Source: Myxococcota bacterium (GTDB lineage Bacteria; Myxococcota_A; UBA9160; SZUA-336). From it: DNA of 64,000 nucleotides. Both the position numbers and the translations under genes were made by a program. The stretch lies in the NCBI GenBank assembly GCA_965247115.1, contig CBDFGR010000002.1, positions 1,408,001 to 1,472,000 of the forward strand. Reading direction: 5' to 3'. Positions 10,807-19,981 of this stretch are shown here, one piece after another (positions within the stretch are counted from its first letter, which is position 1; every line of letters begins with the position of its first letter). Under the pieces are notes generated by a model, which was not told the DNA's origin, ran no database searches, and saw nothing but the letters and a program-made list of their open reading frames with translations.

Positions 10807-12672
10807 GTGTCTCCTGTCCGGGAAGGCTCGCTCGCGCCGCTCTTGCGGCTCCTGCTTTACGCACGGCCCTACGCCTGGGTGGTCGGCATCACGCTCGTGT
10901 TCTCACTGCTCTACGCAGGGGGGCTGACCGGCCGCGCGTACCTCGTGAAGCCGCTCCTGGACGATGTGCTGGCGCCAAAGATCTCCGCCGAATCCCTGGC
11001 GGAGCTGCGCAGCTCCGCGGAGGGCGCGGAGCTCGACCCGGAGCTGCAGGAACAGCTGCGCACGGATCGCGAGGCCATGGAGGCGCGCGTGCGCGAGGGC
11101 TTCTGGACCATCTTGCTGGCCGGGCTGGCCATCGTGCTCGGCATGCCGGTCGTGCGGCTCATCCGCGACTACTCGGGCGAGTGGGTGATGACCCGGATGG
11201 GGATCGACCTGCAGCTCGACATCGGCAGCAAGCTCTTGCGCGTACCGCTCGACCACCTGCAGACCGACACGCGAGGCAGCTTCGTCGCCCGCACGAGCAA
11301 CGATACGTTGATCGCGAACCGTGCCCAAGCCCTGGTCTTTGGCGAGGCGCTACAGGACGCCTTCCAGATTCTCGCGGCCCTCGGAGCGGCGCTGTACCTG
11401 AACTGGCGGCTCGCGCTCGTGACCTTGCTCGTGGGTCCGCCCGTTGGCGTGGTGCTGCAGATTTTCGGCGCGCGCATCCGCCGCTCCAGCCACAGACGTC
11501 AACTCCAGGTCGCCGAGGTGATGCAGCGGCTGCTGCAGATGCTGTCGGGAATCAAGCTGATCAAGGCATTCCACACTGAGAAGCTCGAACACGAGACGTA
11601 TCGGGACGAGCTCATGCGCTACTTCCGGCGCTCTATGAAGGTGATCCGCAACCGCGTCTACTCCCGCTCCTCGGTCGAGCTGGTCAGTCAGGGCGCGTTC
11701 GTCGCCGTTCTGATCGTGGGTGTGTTCGGCATCATCAACGGCTTCTGGAACATCACACAGGGTGTCCTCGCCGCCTTTCTCGCTATCGCGGCGATGATCT
11801 ACCGACCCACGAAGAATCTGTCGCGCATGTACAACGGGATCCAGGATGCGCTGCCCGCGGCCACCCGCATCTTCGAGGTGTTGGACGCCCCGGAGGAGAC
11901 TCCCGATCGCGACGATGCCGTCCGCGTGGAGCGGCTCCGCGAGGGCATCGTCTACCGTCACGTGTCCTTCCACTACGGTCGCGAGGAGGTTCTCCGAGAT
12001 CTCGATCTCGAGATCCGAGCCGGCGAGACCGTGGCCCTGATCGGCCGAACCGGCGCCGGAAAGACCACCATCGCCGACCTGCTGTTGCGCTTCCACGAGC
12101 CAGACGAAGGCACCATCGAGCTCGACGGTGTGCCCCTGTCGGGGATCGAGCGCCAGTCGCTGCGCGGGTTGATCGCGCTCGTCAGCCAGGAGCCCTTCCT
12201 GTTCGACACAACCATTCTCGACAACCTGCGCTACGGTCGACCCGAGGCGGGCTTCGACGAGGTGGTGGAGGCCGCTCGCGCCGCTCACGCCCACGGCTTC
12301 ATCGAGACCATGCCAGAGGCCTACCAGACACCGGTCGGAGAGCTCGGCGGGCAGCTTTCTGGCGGTCAGCGACAGCGGCTGACCATCGCACGGGCCATCT
12401 TGCGAGATCCGCAGATCCTGATCTTCGACGAGGCCACCTCGGCCCTCGACGCGAAGGCCGAGCAGCTGGTGCAAGAGGCGATCGGGAACCTGATGAAGGG
12501 CCGGACCGTGCTGGTCATCGCGCACCGCCTCTCGACGGTTCAGGCCGCGGACCGGATCGCCGTGCTCGAGCATGGACGGATCAGCATGACGGGCAGCCAC
12601 GAGGAGCTGATGGCACGCGGCGGCCTCTACCGCGAGCTCGTCGATCTGCAGCTGAGCTCTCCTACCGGGTAA
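10807..12672 (+). CDS. ABC exporter (TMD+NBD), MsbA-like
   Basis: GRTGAGKT, LSGGQ, IFDEATSALD, AHRLST; canonical NBD. A lipid A flippase role is plausible but not proven. Confidence 0.85.
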   Translation: MSPVREGSLAPLLRLLLYARPYAWVVGITLVFSLLYAGGLTGRAYLVKPLLDDVLAPKISAESLAELRSSAEGAELDPELQEQLRTDREAMEARVREGFWTILLAGLAIVLGMPVVRLIRDYSGEWVMTRMGIDLQLDIGSKLLRVPLDHLQTDTRGSFVARTSNDTLIANRAQALVFGEALQDAFQILAALGAALYLNWRLALVTLLVGPPVGVVLQIFGARIRRSSHRRQLQVAEVMQRLLQMLSGIKLIKAFHTEKLEHETYRDELMRYFRRSMKVIRNRVYSRSSVELVSQGAFVAVLIVGVFGIINGFWNITQGVLAAFLAIAAMIYRPTKNLSRMYNGIQDALPAATRIFEVLDAPEETPDRDDAVRVERLREGIVYRHVSFHYGREEVLRDLDLEIRAGETVALIGRTGAGKTTIADLLLRFHEPDEGTIELDGVPLSGIERQSLRGLIALVSQEPFLFDTTILDNLRYGRPEAGFDEVVEAARAAHAHGFIETMPEAYQTPVGELGGQLSGGQRQRLTIARAILRDPQILIFDEATSALDAKAEQLVQEAIGNLMKGRTVLVIAHRLSTVQAADRIAVLEHGRISMTGSHEELMARGGLYRELVDLQLSSPTG

Positions 12673-12696
12673 GTCCTGGCTGGTAGGCTCGGACAA

Positions 12697-13140
12697 GTGC
12701 CAACCGTCGAGATCCGGACCATCCTGGCCGAAGGGACCCGTCCGCTGCGACAGCGCGTGCTGCGCCCAGGACAGTGCCTGGAGCAGCTCGACTATCCCGG
12801 CGACGAAGCTCCCGACACTGGCCACTTGGGTGCGTACCTGGACGGCGAGCTGGTCGGTATCGCGTCGGTGTACAGCGAGCCCATGCCCGGAGCGGACGCA
12901 CCGCAGGCCTGGCAGCTGCGCGGTATGGCCACCCTCGAGTCCCTGCGCCGGACCGGAGTCGGGCAGTCTCTGCTCGAGGCCTGCATCGCCCACGCCGTCG
13001 CGCGCGGAGGCACACGCCTCTGGTGCAACGCCCGCACTTCCGCCCTCGCCTTCTACCACGCGCTGGGCTTCCAGACCGAGGGCAAAGAGTTCGAGCTCCC
13101 CGAGATCGGCCCGCACTACCGCATGTGGAGATCGATCTAG
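12697..13140 (+). CDS. GNAT family N-acetyltransferase
   Basis: LRQRVLRPG, WQLRGMA, RRTGVG (acetyl-CoA motif), LWCNAR, FY..LGF. Confidence 0.9.
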   Translation: MPTVEIRTILAEGTRPLRQRVLRPGQCLEQLDYPGDEAPDTGHLGAYLDGELVGIASVYSEPMPGADAPQAWQLRGMATLESLRRTGVGQSLLEACIAHAVARGGTRLWCNARTSALAFYHALGFQTEGKEFELPEIGPHYRMWRSI

Positions 13141-13250
13141 CCAGATAGAGCCACTCTCCGGCGCGAGTCGTAGGGAGGCGAGAACACTCTGTTGTTTTCT
13201 ATGTCTGATCCCTTGATGTCGTTGGCTTCGAGAGCTTCTCCGGTAAGACC

Positions 13251-13349
13251 GAGCTCCGCGCCCTCCTCGTGGTAGCGACCGAGCAATACGTCTCTGAAGT
13301 AGATCGCCGAGATCTCGTCGTCCGCCTCGTCGAGTCCGATGACGGCTTC
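13251..13349 (-). pseudogene. Probable C-terminal fragment of an IS481-family transposase
   Basis: Startless frame after a TGA reads EAVIGLDEADDEISAIYFRDVLLGRYHEEGAEL. By recall this resembles the IS481-type C-terminal pattern (I/V)GLEExDDGxWxxYFxxVLLGR. Confidence 0.45.
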
Positions 13350-13381
13350 TCAGCGGGGGCCTACGTACCCGGTTCATACCC

Positions 13382-13410
13382 TTGACAGGAAATATAGAAA
13401 GCCCTATTCT
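13382..13410 (+). promoter_or_regulatory. Sigma70-type promoter of the tyrosine transposase gene
   Basis: TTGACA (13382-13387), 17 bp spacer, TATTCT (13405-13410), in an AT-rich patch of a GC-rich window. Confidence 0.75.
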
Positions 13411-13428
13411 ACACTAATTGGTGATGGC

Positions 13429-14118
13429 GTGACGAAGTCAAACAGGCAGCTCTCCCTTGATCTACGGCCGCCCGCGCGGCGTGGCGGTCGGCGCGAGGGG
13501 GCGGGGCGCAAGCCTGGGCCGAATCCGCTGGTTCGGCACCGAAGGCGGCAGAGTCTCGCGTCGAGGCATCCGTGCCACGTGACCCTGCGAGTACGCGAAG
13601 GCGCTCCGTCGTTACGGGCTCCGGCCTTCGTACGGGCGTTCGAGGAGACGCTGGCACGGGGTTGCGATCGGGGGGAGTTTCGGGTGGTGCACTACGCTCT
13701 CTTGAGGGACCACGCACACCTCATCGTCGAGGCGAAGGATCGCGGTGCGCTCGGTCGGGGGATGAAATCTCTCGGCAGGAGGATGGTATGGGCGATGCGG
13801 CGGGCGTTCGGGTGGCATGGGGGGTTGCTGGCGGATCGCTACCACATGCGGGTGCTGAAGACGCCGCGCGAGGTCCGGAATGCGATTCGGTACGTGCTGC
13901 TCAACGCGGCCCACCATCGCGGCGCTCCGCGCGAGACGCTGGATCCCGCCTCCTCGGCCCGCTGGTTTGGCGGCTGGAGAAGAGGAACAACGCGGCAAGA
14001 GGGTGGGGATGAAGTTCCGGTCGCTGCTGCGCAGACCTGGCTTCTCAGCAAGAGTTGGCGGCGCTACGGGTTGCTCGATCCGCTGGATGTGCCCGGAGGA
14101 GCGCGCGCCTCGCCCTAG
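13429..14118 (+). CDS. REP-associated tyrosine transposase (RAYT)-like HUH/Y1 nuclease
   Basis: HVTLRV strand, HUH motif DHAHLIVE, DRYH, catalytic Tyr helix RYVLLN, DPASS..WF; N-terminal RGGRREGAGRK. GTG at 13429 lies downstream of the promoter, whereas the ORF-track ATG at 13339 lies upstream of it. Confidence 0.82.
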   Translation: MTKSNRQLSLDLRPPARRGGRREGAGRKPGPNPLVRHRRRQSLASRHPCHVTLRVREGAPSLRAPAFVRAFEETLARGCDRGEFRVVHYALLRDHAHLIVEAKDRGALGRGMKSLGRRMVWAMRRAFGWHGGLLADRYHMRVLKTPREVRNAIRYVLLNAAHHRGAPRETLDPASSARWFGGWRRGTTRQEGGDEVPVAAAQTWLLSKSWRRYGLLDPLDVPGGARASP

Positions 14119-14156
14119 ACTCTAGGGAGCGATCGGCTGCAGACCGTGGGACTCGA

Positions 14157-15287
14157 CTAGGCAGTCACCAGGGAGGCGTAGAACTTTTCCAGCTTCTCCG
14201 CGTGACGCTGTACGGTGTGATGCTCGAGCACTTCCTGGCGGGCGGCATCGCCCAGAGCACGCCAGCGGGGCGGGTCTCGCCGTACGTCGCACATTGCCGC
14301 GGCGAGCTGGTCTGGGTCTTCGTCGACCAGGACGCCCGTGCGGCCGTCGCGAACGGTCTCCGACAGGATGCCGCGGCGACTCGAGATGACCGGGATCTGC
14401 ATCGACATGGCCTCCAGCACCGCGCGGGAGGAGCCGTCGGAGCCAGGCACGAGAAAGACGAGCGCATCGAGGAGCGAGAGCACGTCCCGATAGTCCTCTC
14501 CTCTGTAGCCCGCTCGTATGACCGCATCTTCGAGACCGAGCCGACGCACCGGCTCGTCCAGGACCTGAGCAGCGCGCGTTCCGCGCCCCACCACGAGGAG
14601 CCGCAGGCCTGATGCCAGGCGCCGCGCCCGGGCAAACGCCTCCAGCAACAGGTCAAAGCGCCGGTGCGGCTGGAGTCGCGCCACGACGCCAATCACGCAT
14701 TCCCCGGCCCGGAGTCCGAGCTCCAGGAAGAGGGCATGGGAGGGCGAGCGTCTCTGGTAGCGCCCGACGTCCACGCAGCCTGCGACCACCGCCACGCGCT
14801 CGGGCCCCCAGCCAAAGGAGTCCCGGGCGTCGCTCGCGAGCGCCGCGGAGAGCACGGTCAGCCCCGAGAGTACGCGGGGCCCAAAGCGCAGTCGGTTCCA
14901 GGGCCGATCCGAGATCGGCTCGCCCGCGTGCCAGCTGGCCACTCGCCGGCAGGCAAGACCGCGGGAGGCCAGCAGTGCGAGCAGTTGATCGCGCGTGTGG
15001 TGCGTGTGCACGACATCGTAGCTTCCGCGGCGGAGCACCTGACGCAGCTGCTGGACCTGCCCGCGATCGCGGAGCGGCAGGTAGCCCCTGGCCCTGTCCA
15101 GTACGTGCACCGGAGCGACGCCGCGCGCTCGCGCATGGCTCGCGAGCCCGCCAGCTTGGCCAGGGGGTAGCTCAGGAAACGCCACGTCGACCTGGTGTCC
15201 GCGCTCGCGCAGGCCGAGCACCGCGTTCAACATGGGTTCCGCCGGCCCGGTCCACTTCCAGTCCGCGGTCATGTGCAGGATCTTCAT
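14157..15287 (-). CDS. GT4 family glycosyltransferase (LPS core)
   Basis: MKILHM..W.GPAE, VARLQPH, EAMSM..PVI; ATGA overlap with the upstream gene. Confidence 0.88.
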   Translation of the reverse strand: MKILHMTADWKWTGPAEPMLNAVLGLRERGHQVDVAFPELPPGQAGGLASHARARGVAPVHVLDRARGYLPLRDRGQVQQLRQVLRRGSYDVVHTHHTRDQLLALLASRGLACRRVASWHAGEPISDRPWNRLRFGPRVLSGLTVLSAALASDARDSFGWGPERVAVVAGCVDVGRYQRRSPSHALFLELGLRAGECVIGVVARLQPHRRFDLLLEAFARARRLASGLRLLVVGRGTRAAQVLDEPVRRLGLEDAVIRAGYRGEDYRDVLSLLDALVFLVPGSDGSSRAVLEAMSMQIPVISSRRGILSETVRDGRTGVLVDEDPDQLAAAMCDVRRDPPRWRALGDAARQEVLEHHTVQRHAEKLEKFYASLVTA

Positions 15288-16057
15288 CGCCTGGATGCGC
15301 GTTCCAGCTCCCACAGCTTTGCGTACTTCATGAAGACGTAGTACGCGGTCGACACCGAGACGAGAAAGCCGGGCAGGCCCTTCTGGAAGCCGCGTCGCAG
15401 CAGGTAGCCCTTGAAGAAGCGGCCAAGCGGCCGCAGCAGCAAGTCGAAGAGGCGGAAGCGCAGGCCCTCGTCGTACATCTCGCGTGCGACCCGTCCGCTG
15501 AAGCGGTCGATCGTATCGAGATGATCGGAGAGGTCCCTGTAGTTGTAGTGGCGGAGCTGTCCCGAGAGCGGACGAACGGCGCCTACGATCTCGACCCGAT
15601 CATGCGGATCTCGACCCGTCCAGTGACCACGCGAACGCTGAAACACGCGCAGCTGCCAGTCGCCCGACCACTCGCCGCGATCGTGCCACACGCCGAGGAA
15701 GCGGGTGATGCGCTCCAGTCGATAGCCGGCCACGCTCCCGTCATTCTGCGCGACGGCAGCCTGGAGACTCCTCGAGGCCTCCGGTGACAGCTCTTCGTCC
15801 GCGTCGAGACAAACAACCCAGTCGTGTGTAGCCTGTTCCAGGGCGAAGTTCTTCTGTTTGACGTAACCGAGGAACTCCTGCTCGATCACGCGATCGGTGT
15901 AGCGGGCGCAGAGCTCGCGCGTGCGGTCCGTTGAGCCCGAGTCCACTGCCACGATCTCGTCGCAGAACGAGAGCGACTCCATGCAGCGCTCGATCGTGTC
16001 CTCTTCGTTGACACAAATCACCACGCCGCTCAGCGGGGGTCGACTCGTGCCCGTCAA
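15284..16057 (-). CDS. GT2 glycosyltransferase, WaaE/KdtX-like
   Basis: LSGVVICVNEE, VDSGSTD, QKNFAL, LDADE, YVFMKYAKLWE. The TTG start overlaps the relA stop; the ORF-track extension to 17095 is spurious. Confidence 0.87.
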   Translation of the reverse strand: MTGTSRPPLSGVVICVNEEDTIERCMESLSFCDEIVAVDSGSTDRTRELCARYTDRVIEQEFLGYVKQKNFALEQATHDWVVCLDADEELSPEASRSLQAAVAQNDGSVAGYRLERITRFLGVWHDRGEWSGDWQLRVFQRSRGHWTGRDPHDRVEIVGAVRPLSGQLRHYNYRDLSDHLDTIDRFSGRVAREMYDEGLRFRLFDLLLRPLGRFFKGYLLRRGFQKGLPGFLVSVSTAYYVFMKYAKLWELERASRR

Positions 16058-18186
16058 GCACGTACCCGTTCGACGGACAGCACGCCGCGGATCTTGGTCA
16101 GCTGCTTGATGACCGAGTCGAGCTCGCGGCGATTCTTGACGGACAGCTGGAAGGTCTGAACTGCTCGGTTGTTGCCGCTCGTCGTGATCTGCCCAGCGTC
16201 GATGTTGACGCCCTGGTCGCTGATCTTGTTCGATACCGCGGCGAGCAGCCCCGGGCGATCCTCCGAGACGACCCGCACCTTGACGCTTCGAACGGTGTCG
16301 TGCTCTTCCTCCCAGTCCACGGGCACGCGGCGCTCCGGGTCGAGGTGGAAGATCTTCGGACAGTTCCTGGCGTGCACCGTGACGCCCCGGCCCCGCGTGA
16401 TGAAACCCTCGACCGGGTCTCCCGGCAGGGGCGAGCAGCACTTTCCGAAGCGCACCAGTACCTGATCCATCCCTCCGACCTTGACATCCGCCGGGCCCCG
16501 GCTCGGTCGGAACACCCGCTGCAGCAGGTTCGGCTTGGCCGCGTCCTCGTCGCCGCCGAGCTTCCGCGCCACCTGACGGCCGTGCATCCGCCCGTACGCC
16601 ACTGCCTGGAGCAGCGCGTCGACGTCCTTGTACGAGAGCTCCTTGGCGACCCTGGAGAGCTCGCCCGCCTTCTGCAGCGCGTCGTAGCTCAGACGACGCC
16701 GCTGCAGCTCTCGCTGCAGGATCTCCCGTCCCAGCACCCGCGCATCCGCTACCTGCTCGGTCCGCAGCACGTGACGGATCCGGTTGCGAGCACGCCCCGT
16801 CACCACGTTGTCGAGCCATTCCTGGCGAGGCTTCTGATGCGGCGAGGTGATGATCTCGACTGTGTCGCCGGTCGTAAGCCGGTGAGTCAGGCGGACGAGC
16901 TGGCCGTTCACCTTCACGCCGGCGCAGTGGTGGCCCACCTCCGTGTGGACCGCGTAGGCAAAGTCGATTGGCGAGGCGCCCGCCGGCAGCGCGACGACGT
17001 CTCCCTGCGGCGTGAACACGTAGACCTCGTCGGCGAACAGGTCGACACGTACGGTCTCGAGAAACTCGTTCGGGTCGCTGAGGTTCTGTTGCCACTCCAG
17101 AAGCTGCCGCAGCCAGGCGAACTGTTTTTCATCGGATGACCGGGTCGAGCCGTCACCCTTGTACTTCCAGTGGGCGGCGATCCCGAGCTCCGCCACCCGG
17201 TGCATCTCTTGCGTCCGGATCTGCACCTCGACCCGCTCGCCGAAGGGTCCGATCACAGCAGTGTGTAGTGACTGGTAGCCGTTGGGCTTTGGCATTGCTA
17301 CGTAGTCCTTGAAGCGACCCGGAACAGGACGCCACAGGCTGTGGACGATCCCCAGAGTCTCGTAGCATGTCGCGGTAGTTCCATCGACGATGATGCGGAA
17401 GGCAATCAGATCGTAGACTTCGTCCATCGACAGATCCTGCTCGCGCATCTTCTTGTAGAGGCTGTACACCTCCTTCAAGCGACCCGTCACTTCTACCGAG
17501 AGGCCTGATTCACTCAAGACTCCGGAGAGACGCGCTCCGACGTCCTTGATGTAGCGCTCCCGCTCCGGTTGATTGCCCTGAATCAGCTCGTCTATCGACT
17601 TGAAGACCTCGGGGTAGACCTCCTGAAAGGCGCGCTGCTCGAGCTCCTCCTTCATCCAGTAGATCCCAAGGCGGTGCGCGAGGGGTGCATAGATGTCGAG
17701 GGTCTCGCGCGAGATGCGCCGACGCGCGTCCTCGTCCATGTACTCGAGCGTCCGCATGTTGTGCAGGCGATCGGCGAGCTTGATCAGGATGATGCGGATG
17801 TCCTTCGCCATCGCGAGCAGCATCTTTCGGAAGTTCTCCGCCTGTCGCTCCTCGCGGCTCTGAAACTCGACCTTGGACAGCTTCGTCAGACCGACCACGA
17901 GATCTGCGATCTCGTCGCCGAACTCCTCCCGGATCTCCTCCTCGGTCGCGAAGGTGTCCTCGATCGTGTCGTGAAGCAGGCCGGCGGCGACGGTCACCGG
18001 ATCGAGGCGCATGTCGGCCAGGAGGCCAGCGACAGCGAGCGGGTGCGTGAGGTAGGGCTCTCCAGAGAGCCGCATCTGGCCCTGGTGGACCCGCGCCGAG
18101 TACACGTACGCCCGATGCAGAACGCCCAGATCCGCGCTGGGGAGGTTCTGCTCGACCTGATCTACGATCTCGTTGATTCGCGCCAT
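16054..18186 (-). CDS. relA: Bifunctional (p)ppGpp synthetase/hydrolase (long RSH)
   Basis: HD hydrolase LLHDTIED, KLADRLHNMRT, RFKDY..PKPNGYQSLHT, TGS (DFAYAVHT) and ACT domains. Confidence 0.95.
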   Translation of the reverse strand: MARINEIVDQVEQNLPSADLGVLHRAYVYSARVHQGQMRLSGEPYLTHPLAVAGLLADMRLDPVTVAAGLLHDTIEDTFATEEEIREEFGDEIADLVVGLTKLSKVEFQSREERQAENFRKMLLAMAKDIRIILIKLADRLHNMRTLEYMDEDARRRISRETLDIYAPLAHRLGIYWMKEELEQRAFQEVYPEVFKSIDELIQGNQPERERYIKDVGARLSGVLSESGLSVEVTGRLKEVYSLYKKMREQDLSMDEVYDLIAFRIIVDGTTATCYETLGIVHSLWRPVPGRFKDYVAMPKPNGYQSLHTAVIGPFGERVEVQIRTQEMHRVAELGIAAHWKYKGDGSTRSSDEKQFAWLRQLLEWQQNLSDPNEFLETVRVDLFADEVYVFTPQGDVVALPAGASPIDFAYAVHTEVGHHCAGVKVNGQLVRLTHRLTTGDTVEIITSPHQKPRQEWLDNVVTGRARNRIRHVLRTEQVADARVLGREILQRELQRRRLSYDALQKAGELSRVAKELSYKDVDALLQAVAYGRMHGRQVARKLGGDEDAAKPNLLQRVFRPSRGPADVKVGGMDQVLVRFGKCCSPLPGDPVEGFITRGRGVTVHARNCPKIFHLDPERRVPVDWEEEHDTVRSVKVRVVSEDRPGLLAAVSNKISDQGVNIDAGQITTSGNNRAVQTFQLSVKNRRELDSVIKQLTKIRGVLSVERVRA

Positions 18187-18198
18187 TCGCGAGTCCGC

Positions 18199-18828
18199 TC
18201 AGTCGAAGCCGAAGCGCCTGCGTTGGGAGTCGACGACCCGCTGTCGCCGGACCCTGGAAGCCCCGACCACGTGACTGAGATCGTTCACAGCCACGTCGAT
18301 CTCGTCATTCACGATCAGGTAATCGTAAGAGCCGGCGTCCTCGAATACGAGCCGGATCTCGTCTCGGGCGCGCTCCAGGCGCTTGCAGACCACATCCTCG
18401 GGCTCCGTGCCCCGACCGCGCAAGCGTCGCTCGAGAACATCCATGGAGGGAGGGATGATGAACACGAATACGGCGTCATCCAGGCACTGACGCAGCTGGG
18501 CGGCGCCCTGGACTTCGACCTCGAGAATGACATCCCTCCCCTCTGCGGTCGGCGTCTCCACGGCCTCGCGACTCGTCCCGTAGAGGTGACCTCCATATTC
18601 CGCGGACTCGAGAAAGGCGCCCTCTTCTATCAGTGCGCGGAAGCGGGACTGGTCCACGAACCGGTAGTCGCGTCCGTCGACCTCGCCCCTGCGCGGCTTC
18701 CGAGTCGTATGGGATACGGAGAAGCAAGCCCTCGGGTCTGTTGCCAGCAGGCGGCGCAGCAGCGTGGTCTTGCCGGAGCCGGAGGGACCGGAGACCACGA
18801 AGGTCACACCCCGAGCCATCCCACTCAC
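18199..18828 (-). CDS. gmk: Guanylate kinase
   Basis: [32 protein letters not shown]. Confidence 0.95.
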   Translation of the reverse strand: MSGMARGVTFVVSGPSGSGKTTLLRRLLATDPRACFSVSHTTRKPRRGEVDGRDYRFVDQSRFRALIEEGAFLESAEYGGHLYGTSREAVETPTAEGRDVILEVEVQGAAQLRQCLDDAVFVFIIPPSMDVLERRLRGRGTEPEDVVCKRLERARDEIRLVFEDAGSYDYLIVNDEIDVAVNDLSHVVGASRVRRQRVVDSQRRRFGFD

Positions 18829-19079
18829 GCTTCCTCTCCCGCTGCAGCTTCACCCAGGCGTTGAGCGATCGTGTCCGTCTGGACCGCGGAGAGCACGACG
18901 TGGTCCGAGTCCGTCACGATCACGGATCGCGTCTTGCGGCCCTGCGTCGCGTCCACGAGCTTGCCCCGCTCGCGCGCCTCTTCGCGCAGTCTGCGGATGG
19001 GCGCAGCGCCGGGACCGACCACCGCCACTACCCGATGCGCGGCCACGACGTTTCCGTATCCGACGTTGAGAAGCCTCAT
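18825..19079 (-). CDS. remA: DUF370 / RemA family protein
   Basis: [35 protein letters not shown]; yicC-remA-gmk synteny. Confidence 0.9.
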   Translation of the reverse strand: MRLLNVGYGNVVAAHRVVAVVGPGAAPIRRLREEARERGKLVDATQGRKTRSVIVTDSDHVVLSAVQTDTIAQRLGEAAAGEEA

Positions 19080-19981
19080 TCGACGTTCAACACCTGCTCG
19101 CGCAGCTTCTCCAGCTCAGACTTGAGCTCGACGACGATCCGCGTGATGGGCGCATCGGCCGCTTTCGACCCGATCGTGTTCGTCTCGCGACCGAGCTCCT
19201 GCAGCAAGAACTCGAGCTTCCGTCCGTGCGGTCCGGCCGCGGCGAGAATCTCGCCGAGCTGCTCACAGTGACTGCGCGCACGCACGAGCTCCTCGGTGAT
19301 GTCCATGCGATCCACGTACAGCAAGAGCTCTTGCTCGAGTCGCCCTGGGTCAATCTCGACGTTGGGCCCAAGGCTCGAGAGCCGCTTCTCGAGGCGTTCG
19401 CGTGTGCGCTCCCCTGTCTTCTGACCGCGCGCCTCTATCGAGGCGATCTGATCCTGTACCCGAGCCAGACGCTCGCGCAGCTCACGCTCTAGCGTGGCTC
19501 CCTCCCGCGCGCGCATCGCCGCGGCCTCGCGTCCCGCGGCCTCGATCGCCTCGAACACTGCGGAGCCCGCTTCCTCCGGATCGAGCTCCGGATCGCGCAA
19601 GCGCGCTACGCCGGGCAGCGCCAGCAGTGCAGAAACTGGAATCCCGTCCTCAATCGCCAGCCGCTCGCGCAGCCGAGACGCCGCCTCCGCGTACTGCCGC
19701 GCCGCCTCGAAATCGACCTCGACGCGCGGCCCGAGCTCGCCCTCTCGCGAGAGTCGAACCGAGACGTCGACCTGACCGCGCCGGAAGAAGCGCGCCGCTA
19801 TCGACCGAGCCTCGGCTTCGAGGCTCCCGAGCTCTCGCGGCAAGCGGACCCGTACGTCCAGATGTCGGGAGTTCAGGCAGCGAATCTCTACCTGAATGAC
19901 GGCCTTGCCCGCGTGGGCCTCGCCGCCACCGAAGCCCGTCATCGAGGCCAGACTGCCTCGCGTGCCCGCTGCCTCGCTCAA
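19076..19981 (-). CDS. yicC: YicC family endoribonuclease
   Basis: [49 protein letters not shown]. Start is TTG 19981 or ATG 19942. Confidence 0.9.
   Translation of the reverse strand: MSEAAGTRGSLASMTGFGGGEAHAGKAVIQVEIRCLNSRHLDVRVRLPRELGSLEAEARSIAARFFRRGQVDVSVRLSREGELGPRVEVDFEAARQYAEAASRLRERLAIEDGIPVSALLALPGVARLRDPELDPEEAGSAVFEAIEAAGREAAAMRAREGATLERELRERLARVQDQIASIEARGQKTGERTRERLEKRLSSLGPNVEIDPGRLEQELLLYVDRMDITEELVRARSHCEQLGEILAAAGPHGRKLEFLLQELGRETNTIGSKAADAPITRIVVELKSELEKLREQVLNVE

Noticed and set aside
13429..14118. IS200/IS605 element with TnpB
   Set aside because: No tnpB gene and no clear subterminal hairpin pair were seen, and the protein motifs fit RAYT-like proteins better.
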